A DNA stretch of 63,186 nt, counting the filler, from Diploschistes diacapsis (taxonomy: Eukaryota), in the NCBI GenBank assembly GCA_023645945.1. It is 21 parts of 21 records of this genome, joined end to end, with 100 filler letters (N's around TTAATTAATTAA, not from the genome) between each part and the next. Parts side by side here need not be neighbours in the genome. Positions count along the whole stretch, not along the records: positions 19,537 to 38,969 come from JALAIB010000371.1; 20 more parts are not named here. One strand, given 5' to 3'. Each line of letters starts with the position of its first letter. Position 1 is the stretch's first letter. Below, in pieces: positions 22,928 through 34,700 of this stretch. Both the position numbers and the translations under genes were made by a program. The notes under the pieces were generated by a model that did no database searches, was not told the DNA's origin, and was given only the letters and a program-made list of their open reading frames with translations.

Positions 22928-25900
22928 CTAGAATTTGCTTAATTCAAATCTCACGATCGTTACTGCGCCAGAAGCCGAGCCGATCACCAGCCCATTACCT
23001 AAGGAATCAAAACAGTTGTTTCGGCGGTTGTGTGGAAGCCATAATGCTTTTCTCCCGTTGACCGTTACCCAGTGATGATCGATCAAAATCGTTTTCGAAC
23101 GACTGCCTAAGGAAGTTGCAATCGGATCGACGAGGCCCGAATGGCCCTCCAGCGTCTGCTGCGGCGATCCCGTCGCCGCGTCCCAGATTCGTACTGTATT
23201 ATCTTCGGACCCGGACACGATCTTCTGGCCGTCGGGCGAGAAAGCCACGGAACTGACGGGCCCCGAATGGCCCTGCAGCGTCTGCTGCGGCGATCCCGTC
23301 GCCGCGTCCCAGATTCGTACTGTATAATCGTAGCACCCGGACACGATCTTCTGGCCGTCGGGCGAGAAAGCCACGGAAGTGACGGGCCCCGAATGGCCTT
23401 GCAGCGTCTGCTGCGGCGATCCCGTCGCCGCGTCCCAGATTCGTACTGTATTATCCCAGGACCCGGACACGATCTTCTGGCCGTCGGGCGAGAAAGCCAC
23501 GGAAGTGACGTACCCAGAATGGCCATTCAGCGTCTGCTGCGGCGATCCTGTCGCCGCGTTCCAGATTCGTACTGTCTTATCCCAGGACCCGGACACGATC
23601 TTCTGGCCGTCGGGCGAGAAAGCCACGGAACTGACGGACCCCGAATGACCCTGCAGCGTCTGCTGCGGCGATCCCGTCGCCGCGTCCCAGATTCGTACTG
23701 TATTATCCCAGGATCCGGACACGATCTTCTGGCCGTCGGGCGAGAAAGCCACGGAAGTGACGGACTCCGAATGGCCCTCCAGCGTCTGCAGGCAAGAACT
23801 CCACCCTTCTTCTACAATCGGTTTGAGAGTAATCCATTCCGGCTCTTCGTTCTTGAATAGTTGGCGTGTTACACTACCGACTGGACAGAATATAAGGGCT
23901 GATATATAAGTTTGCAAAGGAAAGGCTTCGACGATGTCTTTGTTTAAAAGAGCAAACCGGCGCATATCCTCCACCAGATCAAGAAGCGGAGAAGGCGTAG
24001 GCATTTTCTGGTCTTATTAGTATCAGGTCAGCAAATGGCTTTCAATGAGACGGGCGTACCTGGAGTTGGATCAACAATTTGCTGATTGCCCTTATTCCAT
24101 CTCCAATATTACCCATCAGAGACAAAGCTTCCAGCCAGTGCAGAAAATGTTTTTCGAAGAACTTCCGAACCTTTTCTTCGTCGCAACTTCCAACTTTCTC
24201 AAAACATTTGTCCACAGCAAGAAGATGGTCGATAAAATAGACGCACGAATACCGGAGTCGCTTGAGTAAATCCTCTTCGGGGATTTTGATTACAGTCATG
24301 GAGACTGCAGGGTCCTGTAAGTTAAATATATCTCTCTTAAGCGAAGACATCCCTTCTATGGACTTGGAATAGACGTTGTAGTGCACTTCCGCCGCTCCAG
24401 AAGGAAAAATCTCGTCTAACGCATTCTTCAGTACAAAGTCTTTGGCCGATTGATGGACAAAATAGACAGTGGTTTCGCGGATGGTAAGGAACGAGCCGCA
24501 CTGCTTTACAAGCTCCTCCAACCAGATTGGGTTGTCAGCAAAGCCATCTGGCATATGCATGAGCGACAATAGCTCACCAAGCGTGATAGGTCGGTACACA
24601 ACCGCAGTCAAGGCAAGGATTTGCTTGAGTATTTCACTTTCCTCGGAATTGCAAATCAGATTCATCATCCGCTGATATAGAGGCTTAAGGCCAGGCGGAT
24701 ATGTTTTCAGGGTCGCAAGAGTTTTCCATTTAGCTGTACTCGCCAGATTCTGACAAACCAAAGCTACCCAGAGGAATGTGCCATTGGCATTCGAGAGCAG
24801 ATATTCTTGGACAGAGGCCTTAGTACTGTCGTCGTATCTCTTCATTTGAGTAAGATCATTAACTTTGTGTTTGACATAGTTATTGACAGCTTCGGAAACG
24901 GACTTTACGTTGAGCTCTAGAGATAGGATTACCTTTTCGTCTTGTTCTTGCAACCTTTCCTCGATGTCCGGCCAATTGCGACTGGACACGATCCACTTGA
25001 GATGAGAAGAGAAGGACAGTGATCGAACAATAAGGTCAAGGAGTTTTGATAGCTCGATCGCACATTCATCCAAAGCATCGACAATCAGGTAAACATTTGC
25101 CAGTATGGGATCTTGTGTCATGTCCATAAAAATGTCGGACAAAGCGACCCAGGCATTGGCATCTTCAAATAAGCCTCTGCCGGCTTGATCATATCGCGCC
25201 CGAACGTGCGAGATGAGTGATGGGCATTGTTTAATAAGCAAGTAAATTAGACCGCGGAGCACAGCTGTGGCAGTGTTGATCCTGGAATCGGTTGCTTGGC
25301 AGAAAAAATATGAGAGAGGCTTTGTGGAGGAACCCTCTCCCTGTATTTCGTCAATGATACCACAAAGTAGCATTGTCTTGCCTTTCCCGGGGTCGGCCTT
25401 GATCCAAAGCAATCGGCTTTGGTTGTCTGTCCGCCACCGTCGAAAGTCCTTGGTGTCAAGGACCCAGCGATATGAATCACGCAGCAGTCCGCCTTTGGTT
25501 TGCTCGATGCGTTTCTTGTCATCGCGTGGATCACTCACATGTAAATGCCGAAGGCAGTCGTTATCCTCCGTGCTCATAGCAATTTTGGCAAGCACTTCAA
25601 TGTTTGCTGTGTTCTTTTGGGTATTGTACGCCGAAGAATCCAGTTTGAAGGCCTTCTCTGCATCTTGAATGTTCTTTAGGCTGCCGTCCCAGCTGTCAAG
25701 TTTGACTGTATCACGAAGAAAACTGAGAAATCTGTTCCGATAATACGAGCAGACACTCTTGATCAGGTATGAGAGAAGTTCTTGGTAAAGGTGCACAACC
25801 CGCTTTTCCAGTTGGCTATGCATTCCCGCAAATGATCTATCATCGCCCGTAGTGTGTTTGAGAAGCGGGCGAGAGAGTTCATCGTACCACTTCATCCTAT

Positions 25901-26549
25901 GGATGACGTGGTCTAGTCCGTCTCGATTCGTCTTGCTTTCGGTTGTAGGATTGGTGAAGATCTTTCAACGTTAAAATCCGGTCTAGAACGTTACAAGTCG
26001 CAGACCCACCTGCAAGGCAAAGCACACCCCGGTCCAAGCAAGCGCAGCTTGCGGCATCGCTTGTACTGCGGAGCTCACAACATCCTTCACTGAAAGCATC
26101 TTTTGCATAACCTCTCCAACACTTTGTTTGACCTTGGCTTCCTTCTCCGTTCTTGCCAGGCCAGTCTGAATCAACTTGTCCATCTGAGACCGCCTCTTAG
26201 AAATATCTGTCTGCTCGATCGAGTTCTGGTATTTCAGAGGCTGATGGCCCGAGCTGTTGCCACTGAGCGGTTGCGATAAGACGGTCTCGTACGCGTCGAC
26301 CAATTTCGGCTCTTTCTGCTTAAGCTGATCATAGGCCGTGTCCCACAACTGCTCTGATGGATTTGGTGAAGATGCTGAGGTATTAGAGGACATCTTGGTT
26401 TCTGTTGCACGGTTCGTCGATGCATCGAGCGAGTCGGCCGCGTCACATTCTTGTTCAGCATGCTGATGTCTTCTCGAAGCCTCTAACTTCTGGTGATCAT
26501 GATTGCGGTGCAGCCTCGACTTTGAGAATAGCGACAGCATCCTATCCAT
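22928..26549 (-). CDS. NLR of NWD type (NACHT_N + NACHT + WD40; HET-E/HNWD-like), 3 exons
   Basis: LWDTAYDQLK (NACHT_N), Walker A WIKADPGKGKT, Walker B YLIVDALDEC, VSSRN, GTFLWV, FVHQSAKDF, FLHWLEALSL. Introns at 25962-26009 and 24008-24059 keep the frame. Confidence 0.93.
23159..23788 (-). repeat. Five near-identical 126-nt WD40 repeats inside the NLR (plus a partial sixth)
   Basis: Unit QTLxGHSxxVxSVAFSPDGQKIVSGxxDxTVRIWDAATGSPQ with an exact 126-nt period. Confidence 0.97.
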
Positions 26550-27100
26550 AATAAACACCGGTGCGATGACTTCGGTAGCGAATGTCAGGTATGGAAACTC
26601 AGTAGGCCCAGTCCAAGGTGGGGCAATTGCTAGCAAACATGAACAGCCACCGGCTTGACGATGTATACATAATAAGTTATTGAATTTTACTATCGTCGTT
26701 ATATAATACGTACGGCACTTTTTCATGCCTGTTTTTCATGCCTGTCAGTCGAAGGTACCGACCGATGTAGCAACATTCTTTAAATTTACACACCATAGTA
26801 GCTATAACGCTGATGATAATAACATTCTGAAACTACTGAACGGTCTCGAGGCTTAGATAAAAGTAACTTGCAAAATTCAGTATTACAAGCCCAAGACTTA
26901 AGGCCCATAGCGTGAAAAATCGCGATTTGCCGTCGGCAGAGGGCCTGCGTAATACAGACGTCAGAGTAACAATAGGAACGTAATTTTTAATAAGAAGGTA
27001 CTTGTATTGTTTAAGACTAGTCTTAGTATAATATTTACGTATTTAGAATAAAAGCACTGACAAGTACGCGGAATATGAGTTACTTAAAGTTAAAATACCT

Positions 27101-27150
27101 ATATTCTGTCTCGATACGGCGGGCGTCTCGGTACGCAGGGACGGACGTTA
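27101..27150. mobile_element. Solo Fot1/Pogo-like terminal inverted repeat
   Basis: Ends ...GGGACGGACGT-TA with doubled internal motif GTCTCGATACG/GTCTCGGTACG. An AT-rich tract lies to its left, and no partner TIR was seen. Confidence 0.45.
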
Positions 27151-27179
27151 GAACAAAAACATCTGTCTCGTTATCTCGG

Positions 27180-27600
27180 AATTTCACCAGTTCCCCGTTA
27201 GTTTTCAAGTATCTTGAATCTTGATGAAAAGATAGGCTACGAATGATCGCATCAATCTGAATGGTCCGCTGAAGATCACCCGTTGCAGGGTCCCAGAGCT
27301 TGATCGTTTCATTTCTGGAGCCGGACGCCAGCTGCTTGCCGTCGGGCGAGAAGGCTATCGTATAGATCGAACCCGTAGTCCTATAAGCCTCCGTGATCTT
27401 GAACAGAAGCTCCGCCAGCTCAGCGCCATTATGTGCCTTCGGGATCCTTGAGAGACCAAGCAGGACGTCCTGACAAACGAGCCACAGAGGCGAAGCTCCC
27501 AGACACAGTCTCGATAACAGGAAGGAGGATCATATATACAGCAAAAGGTTGCCTCCCCAAGCTCGGACCATACATTACAGAAAATAAGAGTTTCTCGAAG
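27180..27600 (-). pseudogene. Chimeric relic: hAT-transposase-like fragment reading in frame into a terminal NWD WD40 repeat
   Basis: One frame reads WLVCQDVLLGLSRIPKAHNGAELAELLFKITEAYRTTGSIYTIAFSPDGKQLASGSRNETIKLWDPATGDLQRTIQIDAIIRSLSFHQDSRYLKTNG. Confidence 0.65.
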
Positions 27601-27971
27601 TAGAGAATATAGACATTTAAAGATACGAGGAGAGAAAGACCAGAAGGAAAATGTACGAAACCGATCGGCTGTAGGGTCTGCTTATATAAACCGGGCACTC
27701 TGCACGATGTCTGATTCAGGCCTCTTGTCGCCGTGCATGCGAGTCCCGGGAATATTTCACGTTCTCGAGAATTTGACACTCCTGTTCTTTGCTTGCCCTA
27801 CCCCGCCTGCGTTTCCCCTTCTTCGTCTAAATCATCTAAGTAATACATAAGGCTTTTCTCGTGACAAATCAGTACCATCCGTCGAATGAAATTGGAACCT
27901 ACAACAAGGGATTAGATTTCTTTATCGGGGTTTGCTTCGATAATTTAAGACTCTAATAAAGTCTTTCCACG

Positions 27972-29100
27972 ATGCCCAAGAAGCACGAGTCAATTGGTTG
28001 TATCCGAGACAAGCTTAACCATTCCATTTCCTCGAGGTTAGTATGTGTACAGCAATTCGGGATAAACCAAGAGCACCTCGCGAAATGATTTCAAGAGCTT
28101 GTCTGCCTCCGGAAGAGATCCTTTATTGGCCTTGAAATACAAAGCATTGGCAGAACAGAACCAAAAAAAAACGATCTTAAAGAAACGACATCTCGATCAC
28201 GGCGTGCTTTCGGACGGAGACTATGTAGCAGTTTCATGGAAATGGAAAATCCCGCGAAAAGCTAAATCTCATGACAACTACCTTATCGACTTCAAAAAAC
28301 AGGAACGAAGCTGAAGGCCAGTAAGGTTCGAGATAGTGTTCTAGACCGAGCTCTCAGTTATGCGGATTATTGCGGGTGTGACGTATTCTGGATAGACAAG
28401 GAGTGTGTCGGCCAAGGTGAGAAGGAAGAAAAAAAATCTAGCCATGCAGTCAATGAACTTGGTCTATCGTCGCAGCAAATTCCCAGCAGTTCTTCTAAAT
28501 ATCTATGTCGATTCTAGTCACGAGCTGCCAGCAATGGCGGCTTTGCTCGCAAACAGTGTTACCGATGATCGCGACATAGTAAGCAGCAATTCTACCTCCC
28601 AATGTCGCTAACAAGCCAGGACTATTTTCCTCGTTCTTAATAAGATCACCTCCGACTTATGGTTCAGTAGGGGTTGGACCTTCTAAAAGGATGACGTTGC
28701 ACTCCATATCTGATCTCACACGCTTCTTCGCTTGCGCAGCAAAAACGTAAAGCACATGCTTTTGATAACTTACGTAAAGAGCTTTGGATCAAATCTGTAG
28801 ATTTCAGAAGGAAGGTCAACAAGTTCTATCTTGAATATCAGCCACGAGGTAGGTTATTTCTTTATAATTCGATAGCGATATCAATTTTCGCTTCTTCGCC
28901 AGCGGCGGGATTCCTTGCGAGTAGCATATCGTTCCCTGTATGCTATATGAAGCGCTGGGGCCCATAAGCAAACTGGTATGAAGTCTGCGCCCTCCAGCCG
29001 TACTTCGACATTCGCACGGGCACCCTCGAGCTACTAGCTTCTGCGTTAGCCATGTTTCCGCAATATTGGGTTTGGTATGTACATACACGTCTACTATGAC
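27972..29100 (+). pseudogene. HET-domain (PF06985-like) pseudogene
   Basis: GDYVAVSWKW, VRDSVLDRALSYA, VFWIDKECV, AMQSMNLVYRRS and LWFSRGWTF* appear in order across stops and frameshifts. End coordinate approximate. Confidence 0.85.
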
Positions 29101-29428
29101 GAACCGCTAGGCACGAAGGAGGTATTGACGACCAAGAAGACGACCAGGAAGACAGTATACGCCGCAATAACCAAAAAGACGTCCTGTTTACGCGCCATGA
29201 TGAACGTAACAATGCACATGCCAAAGAACTGAGTAAAGCATAATATCACCACGAGCTACAAGATAGGCTGTGCGTTCGTAAGATAAAGGATGCCAATCGG
29301 TACGAGCAGCAGTAACGTCGCTATGAACGTCACGAGCGCGTTGAGCTATCAGCCGCTAACAAGATAAGATAAGATAAGATAGGATAACTCATTCTGATCA
29401 CGTGCCATCAATCTTCTCGAAAACTTCA

Positions 29429-30084
29429 CTACGGCTTTGGCACCCTCTCTCCTTCCGCTTGAGTTGCTTCCACTCGCCCCTTTTTGCCCCACCAGTCAAG
29501 CACCTCGTCGAAGACGTGCTGTCGTTCTAGTTCTTGTTCGTGCTTTTTAGTGTCCTCATCGGCATCCGTTAGCTTGTTATCAATCGCGGATATTAAGCGC
29601 ATGCTAGGTCTGGGCATGCATGATGTCGACGAAGAGGGTATGACCTTAGAAGTTGGGGTGGCGAGAAAAGTCTCGTCGGGAATGAGGGGAGAGTCCAGTA
29701 TCACCGCTTATTGACACCGGTGGTGCTTAATCCGGGTAGTCTTTGCCTAAGGGACCGGCAGCGACGATATGGTTGACGGCATGGACTCCAGGCCCAATAT
29801 TTGGCTGAGTGAGGGTTATGACAGCCCTTTACGAAGGGTCATCTCTGTAAAATTGTGATGACTTGGGAACCAGTTCCGACAAGGCCTTGGCTTGAAGGCG
29901 GATTGTGTTTGCGACCAGGATGTCAATATCACCGTAGTCAACTTTGCCAGGTGCCTTAATCGGAGACTCTACGTGCCTGAACAGCTTCCGCAGTAGACAT
30001 AAGTAGTTCTTGAAAGTAGAGCTCTGGGAGAAGGCAAGGGGGAAAAAGAGGCGGATTGCATTTCGAGAACGCTTTACCACCCAT
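29429..30084 (-). pseudogene. Relic of a fungal MGGxAF...KxDxGDID putative nucleotidyltransferase
   Basis: MGGKAF start at 30084, then frameshifted FRHVESPIKAPGKVDYGDIDILVA (GDxD pol-beta-like motif). Later segment ERQHVFDEVLDWWGK. Appears internally deleted. Confidence 0.6.
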
Positions 30085-30399
30085 ATTCATTCGTGGAAGT
30101 ATGGGTGCGGTTGAAAGACGAAATATGCTACGAAGCCGATAAAGAAGTGCAGTGTTTTCCACTCACGAGTTTTGGTTACGATCACCATGCCATAGCCGAA
30201 GAAGGAATGAGCGACTCAATAATGGACGAGATACAGCCGCAATATGTGTGAGATACCAGGAGACACTCTGTCAAACTACGGCTAGAGCCCATCCATGTGC
30301 TAGACGTCTCTGGATGTACAATCGTTGGAATCTCCACCGATGACCCTATTGAGTCTCAGATCAGCCCCCGAGATATACTGCCAATACTAGATTCGAACG

Positions 30400-31767
30400 G
30401 GAATCTACAGCTGAGTTCAACGATGACATCCTGCTTCACAGGTAGATGGGCGATCACACCTAACCTTACTGCAGCTGGTGGTCGACGTATAATGACTTTA
30501 GCAGCTGCTGAGCCCTAAAGTATCTCCGAATCGTGGCCGGCGTTACAGTCGCTGGGTCGCCAATATGGCTCATTGTACATTTCTGCGGTCTTCAGCGCGC
30601 TCCAGACACGATCGATGTTGTGGAAAGCACCCGCTCAACTTCTAGATGGACACCAAGCCTTTGCAAACAAGATTCGGCAACAGCTAGAGCAGGTAGTAGG
30701 CCCAAGTTTCAGCACCGTTCATGACATCAAGTTCGCAGCTCAGGGAGATTTATGGGAACAAAAATAACAAAAGCGTGTTGGTATCCCGCTGGAGTATTAC
30801 CGAGGACGTCCCGACGAACTACAAAAGAAACTGCCGAAACTGATCGACGAGACCCATCTTAATGGATCTGCGAGTCAATATGACACCGAAGTATAGGAGG
30901 CAGGACAGCCTTTACCACAGTCTTCTACGATTCCAGCAATTGCCATGAGTCGGTTCAGTAGTTGCTTGCGTGCAGTCAAGCGGCAAAATAGATGTCAGGC
31001 AACGGCCATATGGCTTCCTCGATCGGGACGTGGCAGTCTTGCTCAGAATACTCGTGTGCATAGGAAATTCAAGACTAGTATTTGTCAGCCCCAGAGCATT
31101 GTGGATGACGATCCTTGGGAGACAATACTTATAAAATGGCATTATCGTTAGACCCTGATTGCTATAGCTCGGTGCCCTATTTTTGATTTCAGAATTGACT
31201 ACCTCTTGGCAGATCAGTGGGATAAGACCTATGGGTCCTAGATATCAGTAAAGTCCAGGAGAACCGCAACAGTTTTAACAGAATCCGCGGACTCATCGTG
31301 GTTGCGAAGATTTTTCCAGAGCCAACCCGGTTTACGAACAAGGCCGGCCCTGGACAAAGCCATCAAGACATATGGCTGCTGCGCTGTGTGACAGCGGCAG
31401 GGACTTTAAGGCTATTGAGGTCTTGATTGAACACCCCAAGCGAAAGTCTCAGCGACGGTGGAGGCTTATGGGAAGGACATCATGTCCATTCGATCTGTGG
31501 CATTCTAGGACGGGCAATAGTCCAGTACGATTAGATTGTTTACCAGGAGATTATCTACTCCCGCTAGACTATAACGCACAAGATCCGCTGTTTCTGTTTC
31601 TCCTGTCCGATCTACTTCGCATACTCTCACCGTCCAGATCTAAAGGCGTCCTTTCAACAATGGGCTCGAGTCCTTCTCGTAAGCGCAAAGCGCATAGCAA
31701 AATAATGCATAACTGGTTAGCAGAGGTAAGACGAGATTCTGTTTGTTATTATTCTTGTGGTCTTTGA
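30400..31767 (+). pseudogene. Degraded fungal hypothetical-protein gene
   Basis: VHDIKFAAQGDLWEQK*QKRVGIPLEYY resembles a recurring fungal F(S/A)AQDDxW...R(T/S)GxPL motif as recalled from memory. Fragmented frames follow; boundaries approximate. Confidence 0.4.
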
Positions 31768-34700
31768 AACTTTTGCTATGCCAAAACTTCGAACACCCAA
31801 TAACACAAGGGCAGGTGGTAAATGACATTTATTTCCATACAAACTTATACAGAAGCTATCAGTTTAACAATGAGACTTCTGAGGAGGTTATAACTTAACA
31901 AAAGCTTCCGAGGAAGCTGTGTACTCAGCTTATGAGGCATCACTTACTTGCTTTCCCCTTATTGAATAGGCATTGCTATGTGCTCTTTGCTCAGTTTATC
32001 ACTGGCGACATGGTCCGCTTGACTTAGGTTGCATCTCACCTATCATGCGGTTATGATGCAGTTAGTGTCTGTTGTCGTTGCGTCTCCTTCACGACATCTG
32101 TCCATCTTTCCGAGATTTTTCTCTTTCTTCTATATTATCGCTCCGGTATACGCCTCGAGCAGCACTCACGTTTACATTTTGAATCAATTCCTAGTCAATT
32201 AAGAAAGGCTATGAATCTTCTTCGGGATCCGTTCCAACCCCTCTTCGACTATGTGTATTGCCAGTTTCTGATGACCTACCATCTAGACAAAGAAATCTCT
32301 ATACAAACTGCGTATGCTCCTGTTTATTTCGCAATTGCTTTGCTGGAAGCTCGTATCCAGCTTACCAACGTTCCCTCCTACCCTTGACCCCTTCAGCTGG
32401 GCCTTCAAAACTGCTGCCAGTAGGCCCGATGAGAAACCAAAGTCTCTTGCTTGAACAGAGCCATGAAGCATGCGGGCGCACCCTTCCAGTATACTTACAC
32501 CGCGCTATACGGGCTAGAGGACTCGAAGATCATGAATATTCTCCTTGGAACGTTTCATACGTAAGACTAGACCTCGAAAGCTCACCAAACTGCTTTCTCA
32601 AATACAGGCTTCATCGAAGCGACACATGCAGACCAAAACTTCTTATTAAACTAATTGTCTGTGTGATATCTCGGACAAGAGTCACGACGACAAGATTATT
32701 CTACTAATCATAACAGATATCGACTAAAAAAACGCTCAAAATAATATCAGATGCGAATTATTACTATGCACTTGCGAACTGATTCTCCATCATCGTCATC
32801 ATAGCTATAGAGCACATGTTTTTTTATGGCTAATCAAATTGAGTCAAACTCTCTTCACTGGCCATTCAATAATGTACAAACGATGAAAGATATCAAAAGA
32901 ATGATACACCGAGAAAGCTTACCAGCTCTTGCAATGCTCCTCGGAGCCACTCATGCCAGTATGGGACTGAAACGATCAGTGAGTAGCTAGTTCATAGGGA
33001 CTCCTCCAGCTATCGTCCTTCCAGATTGACTCCTGGAAACGACATAAAAGAGAGACGTCGGCGAGCCGAGTAAAGTCTAGAAGATATTCCTTCGTTGGAA
33101 ATGACAGAACCCTCGTCTTCTGACATGCCTGATGTTTAAGATGATGTGTCCCTTCAATAAAAATGATAGGGACCTTTCGGGATCAACATTACCGATGCTT
33201 ACGGTATCTGCCTATATTGAAGCTGTAAGCTCTGCCCTCCTGCGGGTATCTGAAGATGCATTCCGCGTCGAGAATTCGATGACGAGGTTGTTGGGGATTT
33301 CAAGAACGCCGCGTTGCCTCATGTATATCGGCGGCAATCTCGGCACTCCTAGTCGGTACCCGGCGGTATTCCTGTCTTTTTATGAGGCGGGAATTTATTG
33401 AGCAGGCCGAATCTTTTCCCGAATTACCTACCTGCCTTTCGTTGAGGGGAGGTGACTCCATATGACCGTCCCCCTTTCTTTTTTCTCGTTGTCCAAATCC
33501 TCGACCTCCGGCATCAGTATTACTGTTGAGATTGGTTCCTCCACCTCTTGGTAAGTCTTCGCGAGGATTTGTTCGATGAAGATGCGGTCTTTAATCTTCA
33601 ACGCGGCACGGGATCTTTTATCCACATTTTTGTTCTGGATAGCAAAACTACATTTCTTTCGCTTAACCAGCATTTCGGCGCTACTGGTCAATAGTCTCCG
33701 GACTCCGGCTAGTCTCTCTAATCGGTCTCTTGCCATGAAAGTTCCTCGTCGCTGCTCGAAAACGCAGAACGGACACCTCGAATCTTAGCCTCTTTCCGAG
33801 TACTTTTTTTCATGCTGCTTCGCTTCTGGATCTTCTTGCTAATGTAGGAAGCACTGTTTTTCTAGGAACTTGCCGCAACACATGAATGGGACGAGGATGT
33901 CCTACTTTAGATCCACGGTTTCCGGGCGGATCCTACACTCATGTATGTCGCGGAAACCGAAAGCATCTCTTTGCTCGTCTCGCGATGCAAGAAATCGACA
34001 ATTTGTAGAAGCAGTAAGTACGTAGAAGGGTTATTTGCCTGAAAGCGACGATTCCCAACCAGCCTCGGGTCCCGCTATGATTGAAGATGCTCGTTGCTGA
34101 GAAAGTGGTGGAAAGTGAAGGAAATTGTTCTCGAATTCTGTTCTGTCCATAGTAGATGATGCCCGTTTTGATACAGAACCCCCCGGGTCTCGTTCCGTTC
34201 ACATCACTGGGCGAAGAGTATCTTCAAAGGCTTACGCCACTCTCTGCGTCGAGCAATAGCCTCGAAGGCTGGCTTGAAGTATCAGTTAAACAAGGAGTGT
34301 AAGACACAAGTATCTTTCTTCGAAATTTGTTGCCTAAACTACTCATAGCGAATAGTACCCTCAAATGCCAACAACCTCATCCCAGGCAGCTCCTGTTACC
34401 CCTGGTTTCAGGAAGCTCATGGCCTTCCCGTGCCAGTCCCTACGCATAGCCTTGAGTGCTGAAGTGTCTTGGGCTCGCAACTTGGGGCTACTTTGGTCGA
34501 AGGAGAAGGTGCAAAGAATTATGCGTTGGTGACGCATATGCGCATATCGTCGATGCAAAGACTGCCGTTGTTACTCGGATCCCAGGCGCGAAACGGTGGG
34601 TTCAGAGGCTTGATAAAGAACAGAACAGGCTGGCTTTTGAAGCGGCTTCGCGAAGAAACATATTGGCCCAAAATCAGACGCCCAATTAGTAAAAATTAGT

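Noticed and set aside
23159..23788. CRISPR-like regular repeats
   Set aside because: These are contiguous in-frame 126-nt coding WD40 units with no unique spacers and no cas genes, in a eukaryotic context.
26350..26549. Amyloid signalling motif at the NLR N-terminus
   Set aside because: The leader is polar but shows no recognisable HET-s, PP/RHIM or sigma-type G/N/Q pattern.
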